From: the human T2T-CHM13v2.0 reference genome, Homo sapiens
Reading direction: 5' to 3' (one strand)
DNA length: 64,000 nt
NCBI RefSeq assembly: GCF_009914755.1
Contig: NC_060934.1
Below the pieces are notes generated by a model that saw only the letters and a list, made by a program, of their open reading frames with translations, ran no database searches and was not told where the DNA came from. The position numbers and the translations under genes are program-made. This document shows positions 53,951 through 64,000 of the stretch, piece by piece; positions within the stretch are counted from its first letter, which is position 1, and each line of letters begins with the position of its first letter.

Positions 53951-55709
53951 GAGGTCCTTTCCCATGACATTCACCAGTTTCTTTTTGTGTTCTCATTTAT
54001 GACTGTGGCTTACCTATTATTTAATCTCTTCAAAGGGAATCTCATTCATCTCCACAACAGTAATAACAACAATAGCGGCAGCTAATATGACGAGACTTTT
54101 CAAGTGACATCAAGCATTCAAGCAGCAAGCATTCAAGTGCTTCAAGCATTCACATCTACAGTATGAACCCATTTCATCCTAACAATAGCCCATGCGGTAC
54201 ATACCACACTGTCACAATCTCCTTTTTGCGAATGCAGAAACTGAGACCCAGAAAGTTTAATTGACACTTCAGAATTTCATGTAACTTGCCTGATGTCAAG
54301 CAACTAGTAAGTAGCAAATCTGGCATCTGAACCCAGAGAGGCTCTAGAGCTCATACGCTTACCTATATGCTAACTACCTGCCCTCTGCATTTGCCCCAGA
54401 CCTAGCCCTGAGCAGCAGTCAGAAAACATGCAAACAAACAAAACACAATTTCTCCACGTATGTAAGACAGACAGCTAAGCTACAGCAATAGAAATGACAG
54501 TTAAGATTATAAAAGAAAGAGTGGAGAGGGGTGATGAAGATGGAAGGACAGCAAGAGTGCAAAAATGTAAGTCTGTGAAGTCTAAACAGTGACTTCTGCA
54601 ATAAGAGCAACAGCTAACACCAAGCAAGCTTGATACATTTTGTATTTTCAGGATGTTGCTACAAAACACATCTGTCTCAGATTAGAGCCTCAGTTTCCTC
54701 ATGGAGGGAAAAGCCATCTAATTCTGATATTGCAGGATCATTAGTAGGAGATAAAGAGCTGAGGGAAAGCCTGGAACATCCCCTGTGGCTTAGATGGCCT
54801 CACTGCCACTCCCAGAAGGAATTGCTTCGGGTGTAATAGGCCACACCTACTGTCAAAGATAGAACATTTTTAAGTATCAGTCAGGGTGTCCAAAAATCAG
54901 CTTTATGATGACCAAACAAACAAAAAAAGCTGGCAAAGGAACAGCACCCAGGACCAAGAACATCAAGATAAACTTGACTCAGCTATAAGATGTCGGTGTC
55001 TCCTACTAGTAAACACACAGATAATATCCTAACTCCAGGCAAAAGAAAACTGAAATTGAAATACAAACACTACAAAGCTTCCAACACACCCTTAACCAGA
55101 AACCTTCAACTCTTAATTCAAGTAACATTAGCAGGTCGAATCTTTCTGTACACTGAGGCCTCCCCTGGAGGTAAAGATTCACAAATAGTAGAGCTATTAG
55201 GAGTCTTCAGCTGAGGCTCCATGACGACCTGTGAGAACCCTTTCGGAGGAGGGCCCCAATTTCAGACAACTGTGCCAGGGGACTTACAGAACTGCCCAAA
55301 CCAACTGCTACATAATCATCATGTGCTCCAGTTGCGGGAACCACCATCTGCTCAACACTAACAGGGTGACTGCAATCAAATCAGCCTAGGGCAACTGTCC
55401 AATGCTTGAAGGGCAGAAAATTAAAAATGCCACTGGTGAATCCAGCAGAGAATCCAGGTGACATGAAGCCCACATCCAAAGGCTGAGGCCTAGGACTGAC
55501 AGGAAACAAGGAAGAGCTCATCAGAGGGGCCCAAAGAAAAGAAAAAACAAAATTCCTTGAAGACAAGGCAATGGTCTGCCCTTCTTAAATGGGGGAGTGC
55601 CCAGCTCCTCTGCTACCTACGACTCATACCATAACTCAGGCTCAAATCACAGTGGCCAGCCTACTTCCTCACCCAGTCCTTGGTCAAGATGATATTTTGC
55701 TTCATATGA

Positions 55710-56102
<393 letters not shown>

Positions 56103-56485
56103 TAGATCTAACAGTTATGCACCCAGCCTCATGGCTTCCTCACATGCCACCACCCCGATTCCAGCTTGATATTCTACTTTTCCTATATTCTGCCAGGCTG
56201 AACAGCCAGTGAGCTGGTGCCTGAATACACCTCTCACTCTGACCTCTCCCTTCATCCACCTCTACATGCAAGACCCATCATCGGATGAAAAGTACTATCA
56301 CAGAACAACATATAAAGGTATTCCATGAAACACTAGAGTCTCCCACCCCGCCCCTGAAATAACTGGGAAAATTCCATGGACATTTAAGTCTGAAAAATGC
56401 TGAATACTTTATCCCCTCCTTAGAGGTACAGAGTGCACATCAGCATATTAAAGGCCCTGAGAAGTCCTGCAGCTATGAAACTCAT

Positions 56486-57615
56486 TGGGGCAAAGGACTT
56501 GAATAGACATTTTCTCCAAAGAAAATATACAAATGGGACCAAAAAGCATATGAAAAGATACTCAACATCACTAACCATCAGGTAATGCAAATCAAATCTA
56601 CAATGAGCCATCACCTCACAACAAAACAAAAAATAGCAAGTGTTGGTGAGGAAGTGGAAGAACTGGAATGCTGTGTACCATTGGTGGGAATGCAAAATAG
56701 TACAGGTGCTGCAGAAAACAGTATGGAAGTTCCCCCAAAAATTAAAAATAGAAGGATCATATGATCTGGCAATCTCACTTGTGGGCATATATCCAAAAGA
56801 ATGGAAAACAGGATCTCAAAAAGATACTTGCAAACCCATGTTCATTGCAACATTACTCACAATAGCCAAGAGGTGGAAAAAACTGAAATGACCATCCACA
56901 GATGAACAGGTTAAAAAAAAAAAGTCTCTAAATAAAATGGAATATTATTCAGCCTTATAAAAGAAAGAAATCCTGTCATATGTTACAACATGGATGAACC
57001 TTGGACACTATACTAAGTGAAATAAGCCAGTCACAAAAAGACAAATACTGCATGATTCCAATTACATGCGTTATCTAAAGCAGGCAAACTTTTTTTTTTG
57101 AGACGGAATCTCGCTCTGTCACCCAGGCTGGAGTACAGTGCTGCAATCTCGGCCGGCTCACTGTAACCTCCGCCTCTCAGGATCAAGCAAATTCTCCTGC
57201 TTCAGCCTCCTGAGCAGAGGGATTACAGGCACGTGCTACCAAGCCTGGCTAATTTTTATATTTTTAGTAGAGATGGGGTTTCACCATGTTGGTCAGGCTG
57301 GTCTCCAACTCCTGACCTCATGATCCGCCTGCCTCGGCCTCCCAAAGTGCTGGGATTACAGGCGTGAGCCACCGTGACTGGCCCAGCAAAATCTTAGAGA
57401 GAGAAAGTAGAATGGTGGTTGCCAGGGATAGGAGGGGAGGAGAGAGACTGGGAGGAGCTGTTTAATGGATATAAAGTTTCAGTTTTGCAAGACGAAAAAG
57501 TTCTAGAGATCTGTTGCACAACAATATGTGCATGTAGTTAACACTACAGTATTGTACATTTTTAAATGGTTAAAATAAATGTCATATTATACATTTTTCA
57601 CCACAATAAAAAAAC
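56486..57615 (+). mobile_element. L1MA/MB 3' end interrupted by an Alu (57090-57385, minus strand)
   Basis: ORF 56640..56891 resembles the ORF2 C-terminus; 3' UTR GAAAAAGTTCTAGAGATCTGTTGCACAAC. Confidence 0.88.
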
Positions 57616-59566
57616 ACTGTTCAGCTCATTTCACTATTTTCTCAACTAACAAATATATTTTTTGTAGAGCATCTTACAAGACACAACAGGAATACTGAAG
57701 AACACACACAGTTTGGGGAACACTGTTCTAAACATCAAAGTATCCTAAACTTCATACTGTTGCCTCAAATATCCGATCCCTTTGCTTATTCATTTCAAGC
57801 CCTTCATTTGCTCCTAAGGCCAGGAAATCCATGTCTCCAGGCAGAGATCCAATCTTGAGGTTGAGTTGTTCCCAGGTTAATACAGGCCTGACCTTGTCGC
57901 AACCATGTAGACCAGGACCTCTGGGGAGAGGCAGGAAGTCAGCCAGCCAGAATGGACATGTTTTGTGATCTTTGCTCAACTTACAGAAATACCCTTATCT
58001 ACCACCCCCTCCATCATGGTGGACTGGTGGACCCCCATTACTCATGTCTGACATCACACAGACACACACACAGACACAGACACGCACACGTGCACACACA
58101 CAGAGTAACCAGGACCATGCAGAACCAAGTTGCTACATATACCAATCAAGTTCTCATCCTGGACTTTGAATTTGGGGGATTAAGGTTCTAGTTCAATCTG
58201 GTATCTTGAAAGTAAGAGAGGAAAAGATATAAATGTAGGTGTTGTCAGGTTTATATGACCCAACCAGTTGGCTGAAAAAGAGAAACTGATATGCAGCAAG
58301 ACCTGAAAACCCTCCCGTCCCAGTTCTTCTTGAGGGCCTGCTACATTCCTGCCCTCATGTTCCACAAGACACCCTATCTGAGGCCCTGACACACATAACT
58401 CTGAGAGCACCATTCACAATCTGGAGTTGTGCCAATATGGTGGCTCTGCCCTTGAATCCTTATAAAGCATTTTTATTGCTCAAGGTATCTCAAGGCAGTT
58501 TCTATTACCTGCAACTGAAGAATCCTGTAACAACAGCTTTATTTCCCACCACTGCTTTTTACTTCCCTGGTCTCTTGCCAGGGAAACCTGTCCCACTGTT
58601 TCTGAAGAGCATCCGAAGCTTCCCTGTTTCTTTGCCTTTGCTGCCACTAATACTTTTACCTAGAACCTCTTTCCTCCTCCTCCACCCCATCCCTCTATTT
58701 ACCCAAACTCCACCCATCCTTCAAGGTCCAATTCAACTGTCTCCCCTGTGCCATGAAGCTCTTCATCATCTTCCCCTCTCACCCTCAAACTTCCACAGCC
58801 TTCTGTCCAGATTTTCTTGATCACACTTACCACATTTTACCTTACAATACAGGTATGTGCATGTACATCTAAACTCCATTATTAAGCTGTATGCTTCTTA
58901 AAACCAGGAACAATCCTCATCTCTATATCATGTCTAATACCTGAGATGGGTAGGGCCTTATACATAAGTAAAGGCTGGGAAAAACTGTACTTATAGATGA
59001 TTCTGTGGAAGAATAGCACTCTTATATTATTTCATCTCTCACTAAACCATAAGCCTAGTGAGAGCAGACATTCAACCTTAAGTTCATCTTTGCACCCTAC
59101 AGCACCATAACCACAGTGTAAGCACTCAAACACTTGCTGACTCAATGACTTCACAGTGGATCCTAGAATCCTTTTACCCTACCGCCCATCAACCCTATCA
59201 CATGAGGTCTCTGCCTCTCCAACTCTCCTGGATTGGGCAAAAGAGAGACAGGGCAAACAATTCTGCTAGGAACACAGTGTGGCAGAGGAGATGTGGAGTA
59301 TGCCAGCAACAGAAAGTTCCAGAACTTCTGTCCCTTAATTTGCCCACTAATTCTTCATTGAAAGATGGCTAAGTCACTGGAATCAAGGAAGCTAGGGCCA
59401 ATCCACAAGCATTCAGTGAGACCTATTGGACACAGATCCCCATAGCAAGCCCTGGAAGGGCTTGGTTGTGGCCCTGGTTGTGGGTTGACAATTAGAATCC
59501 TACAAACACATTAGGGCTGGGGAAAAAAGACTGAAAAGAAAGGAGAGGCCCATTGCCATGCAGTAC

Positions 59567-59691
59567 CTGATGAGCATCTCCCGATGGGATGATGTAGGCC
59601 TGGATCGGTTCGGTCACATACTCAGAGTTCCTCATGGCTTGTCTCAGCTGCCGAAGCAGCTCTGAAGTCACCTTTGGAGGCATTCTGCCGT
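59567..59691 (-). CDS. XPNPEP1: Coding exon A (125 nt; ATG at 59683): (DGR)[12 protein letters not shown]...SGDAHQ
   Basis: Acceptor TTGTTGCAG|AC, donor CAG|GTACTG; lies within ORF 59492..59860. Confidence 0.96.
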
Positions 59692-60198
59692 CTGCAACAA
59701 CAGGAGAGCAAATTTCAAAACCAGCCTGCCCCCAGCAATTCAACGTCCAGTTCGAAGTGGGCCACAGAGAGAAGTGCCTTCTACGTTCTGCCCCACTCCC
59801 AGTTAGGTCTTCAAATTGACCACTCCACCACCAGACCAAGACCAAAGCTGCCAGAAACACTAATGTTCACAGTTCTTAAATACTACCTCCAAATAGCCAT
59901 TTGTGGCCAGAAAAGTTCAGCTACTAACCATTTCCAACTTGACTGGTTACCTCTTTCACTCCTAGGACTTTATTCAAGAATAGGAGATAAGTACACAGAA
60001 ATTTAGGTGTTTATCTTTGTTTATAGTAGAAAAAAGCAGGAGAAGTGTATGGTCAGTTAAATAAACTATAATACGTACAACAGTATACTGTGTACTCATT
60101 AAAAATTACACAGACCTAGAAAAGAATTACATAGACTTATATATTTGATTTGGAAAGATACCTAGACAACATTTGTGGGTGATTAAAAACAGATGACA

Positions 60199-60536
<338 letters not shown>

Positions 60537-60864
60537 TTAAAATTGTGTATGTATATATGCAAAGAGAAGTTTCTAGAAGGACAGTCACCCAAGTGTTAAG
60601 AGTGGTTACCTTTGGGTAAGTAAATTTGGAGTAATTATTGTCTTCTTGTATTTTTCTGCTTTTTAAATTTGACTGCTTTAAAAGAGTATGTTTTATAAAC
60701 CTTTTGTTAAATATCCAGCTACAGATTTAGAGAAGAAAGTTCCGTCCACTAGGAGTCAAAAGTCTTATCTTCTAGTGAATACCTGCTACCAACCAGCTGT
60801 GCAAGGGAGAAGGGGACCAGGGCCTCAATGCTCTGTGTTCTCCTCTTTAAAGTATGGCGGGAGT

Positions 60865-61165
60865 GGCCGGGTGCGGTGGCTCACACCTGTAATCCCAGCA
60901 CTTTGGGAGGCCAAAGCAGGCGGACCACAAGGTCAGGAGATCGAGACCATCCTGGCTAACATGGTGAAGCCCCGTCTCTACTAAAAATACAAAAAAGTTA
61001 GCCAGGCGTGGTGGCGGGTGCCTGTAGTCCCAGCTACTCAGGAGGCTGAGGCAGGAGAATGGCGTGAACCCGGGAGGCAGAGCTTGCAGTGAGCCAGGAT
61101 TGCACCACTACACTCCAGCCTGGGCAACAGAGTGAGACTCTGTCTCAAAAAAATAAATAAATAAA
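60865..61165 (+). mobile_element. AluY; TSD AAAGTATGGCGGGAGT
   Basis: Perfect 16-bp direct repeat; AluY-type GGCGTGAACCCGGGAGGCAGAGCTTGC. Confidence 0.94.
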
Positions 61166-61659
61166 GTATGGCGGGAGTGGATGAGACCCAAGGTTTTCAA
61201 ACGAAGTCCCAAGGCTCCAGGGGAGTCTACCATTCAAATAAAACCAGAGTTGGAATCACCAGCTTTAGAAAATACAAAATAGGAATAGAAATATAAAACT
61301 AATTAAAATGAAATGTTAAAGATGTTAACTCTGGTCCTACTAGAAATTCTTAAACTTGTTTCATCTATATCTATAGTCAGGAATAGTCTCTTGTACTCAC
61401 TTAGTGGAAGCACAGATGATACAAGCTGACTTAACCACTTTAGTTGGTTCTTCAAAAAGACCTTTTCTCAACAATCACTGATATTAGTTAATGTTCTGAT
61501 AAACATCATAGCTGTAGTCCTATGTCTACATAACAAAACAACTTCAGAAGGAGCCAATTACAGAATAGTGATCATGCATATTTCACTATATCCCATATAC
61601 TGGCACAAAACTATACTATTAGAATTCAAAGTAGAATAATGAGTTTTTCCAACTCATTT

Positions 61660-62655
61660 TTAATAGACTTCATTTTTTACAGCAGTTATAGTTTCACAGC
61701 AAAACTGAGCAGAAAATACAGAGTTCCCATGTAGCTCCAGCCCCAACACACACACAGCCCCCTGCCACTATCTGCATCCCCAACCAGAGTAGTACATTTG
61801 TTAAAATGGATTAACTTACATTAACACATCATCATCACCCTAGGTCCACAGCTTACTCCTGCATTCATTCGTGGTGTTGTACATTCTATGGGTTTTGAAA
61901 AATGTGTAATGGCATGTATCCACCATTATAGTATCACACAGAGTACTTTCACTGCCCTGAAAATTCTATATGCACATGCAGCCTATTCATTCCTCCTTCC
62001 TCCTCTCCTCTAACCCGACAATAACTGAGCTTTTCTACTGTCTCCATAGTTTTGCCTGTTCTAAAATGTCATATAGTTAGAAACATACAATACATAGCTT
62101 TTCCAGATTGATTTCTTTCACTTAAGAATATGCATTTAAGCCAGGCACAGTGGCTCACACCTGTAATCCCAGCACTTCGTGAGGCCAAGGCTAGTGGATC
62201 ACCTGAGGTTGGGAGCTCAAGACCAGCCTGACCAACATAGAGAAACCCCATCTCTACTAAAAATACAAAATTAGCTGGGCATGGTGGCACATGTCTGTAA
62301 TCCTAGCTACTCAGGAGGCTGAGGCAGGAGAATTGCTCGAACACAGGAAGCAGAGGTTGTGGTGAGCCGAGATCACACCATTGCACTCCAGCCTGGGCAA
62401 CAAAAGCGAAACTCTGTCTCAAAAAAAAAAAAAAAAGACAATATGCATTTAAGGTTCCTCTATGTCTTTTGATTGCTTGATAGCTCATTTTTTTAGCCCT
62501 GAATAATACTCCATTGTCTGGATGTACCACCATTTATCCATTCACCTGCTGAGGGACATATTGGTTGTTTCCAGGTTCTGGTAATCATGAATAAAGCTGC
62601 TATAAACATCTGTGTGCAGGTTTTAGGTGGACGTAAGATTCCAACTCATTTGGTG
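61660..62655 (-). mobile_element. L1MB-like 3' end interrupted by an AluS (62139-62437, plus strand; TSD AATATGCATTTAAG)
   Basis: GTTTCACAGCAAAACTGAGCAGAAAATACAGAG...TGAATAAAGCTGCTATAAACAT. Confidence 0.87.
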
Positions 62656-63160
62656 TTTTTGGTGTTTTGGAGTTTGCCAACTCATTTTTTAACAAAAATA
62701 TTTTACTTAGTCAAAAACATTGTAACATAACTCTGTAAGTAACACAGAGTTAAATCAGGACAATTACATGAGGTGATCTTCAACGACTGACATCCTGACT
62801 TGCTGTAGCTTAAACCCTGCTGGGCATAGGTCCTTTTTGGATCTTTTTCTTTAACATACTCATTTGCTTCTTCCTTTTCATCATCACCAGCACCTTAGGC
62901 TTCTATGCCTCAGTTGTTATGGTGATCTCCAATAGAATCCCCTATGGGGTACCATACTGATCTTGAGCTAGAAAAAGTGCCCCACTTATCATCTGCAGCA
63001 AGGGCAACTTCAAAAGCAGGCCTTAGGGCTCACCCTCAGGAGTCTCAGAAGAGAGAAGTACTCAAAGGAAGAGTCAATGGAAACTGTCCTACTCATAACT
63101 CAAGCATATCCATGTTCCTTGCATTACACCTGCTTCTGAATATTGTTCAGAGGGGCATTC

Positions 63161-63285
63161 TTTTTTTTTCTGAGGGGAGACGGGGTCTTACTACATTGTC
63201 CAGGCTGGACTCCTGGGTTCAAGTGATCCTCCCGCCTCAGCTTCCCAAGTAAATGGGACTACAGGTACACACCACCACATCCAGC
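63161..63285 (-). mobile_element. Alu monomer fragment (FLAM/FRAM)
   Basis: Poly(T) then GAGACGGGGTCTTACT...CCTCAGCTTCCCAAGTAAATGGGACTACAGG. Confidence 0.8.
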
Positions 63286-64000
63286 TATCCTTTCGTCTAA
63301 TCTACTGGGCCTATAATTTCTCACCTATCAGAGAAAAAGGGATCGGAAGTATCTGGTCTGATCCAAGTTTATATGTCAACACCTCCACTGGGGGTTCAAA
63401 ATAAAGCCCATTGTGATCTCCCAAGCTTGCCAGCATCTAAAAATTTTACTCTGATATCTTTCAGGAGCTTCAGAATAGATTTATTGTGTTTTCAAACCAT
63501 ATTTCTGAGCAAGTTATCATTCTTAAAAACAGTCAAGCAAAAATGAAGCTTTCTTTAGGAGCAGGACTTCAACACTGGCTGCACATTAGGACTATCCGGG
63601 AAACATCTGACTTAACTGGTCTGGAGTACAGCCTTGGCTTCAGGAGTTTTAAAATGCAAAAATATAAGAGTCTAATATACTTTCTTTCAAGATCATTTAT
63701 TTCTTTATAGACTCTGCCTTCCATTCAGGTACATTCTGACGTAAGGATTTTGGTGGCACTGACTGGGTGTTTAGTGCTGATTGTAGTATCAATATTATCA
63801 GTCACTAACTTCATCAATAACGTTAACACAACCAATCATGAGCACAAAATCTTCAACTGCAAACTAAAAACCAACAAAAACAAACTGGATCTGTTCAAAA
63901 ACATCCTCTGCTTCCTGGTCATCACAACCTGCCTCCTCATTCCCACATTCTGATCTTCATCACTACCACCATCACATCATCACGTTTCCCCTGGTGACTG

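Noticed and set aside
54110-54151. Short degenerate CAAGCATT tandem repeat
   Set aside because: Only about 40 bp inside a MIR-like region; probably local slippage, with no spacer structure.

Overview
Human (primate) genomic DNA, rich in Alu, L1, MIR, L2 and LTR repeats. The main feature is XPNPEP1 (cytosolic X-prolyl aminopeptidase 1, aminopeptidase P1) on the minus strand. I traced 19 coding exons by hand between 59691 and 17043, all with GT-AG introns. From the ATG at 59681-59683 they sum to 1872 nt, or 623 aa plus stop ([10 protein letters not shown]...QPISKQH), and include the M24B metal ligands D415, D426, H489, E523 and E537. The promoter and first exon(s) lie beyond the right edge, and the 3' UTR ends near 16620. 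Bases 1-16.5 kb are intergenic and mostly repeats. The best second-look items are: (1) a tailless U4 snRNA 5'-domain retrocopy with a perfect 18-bp TSD, lying antisense 34 nt inside an intron next to a 5' splice site; (2) a monomeric Alu-like element with BC200-type diagnostic bases; (3) an AATAAA overlapping the stop codon, plus two more in the 3' UTR; (4) a skippable in-frame exon carrying a metal ligand; (5) inverted Alu pairs around exon blocks; (6) nested Alu insertions at one target site. I found no convincing evidence of a wholly new biological system. Almost all ORFs in the supplied track are repeat-derived, antisense or chance ORFs. Repeat boundaries and subfamily calls are by eye and approximate.
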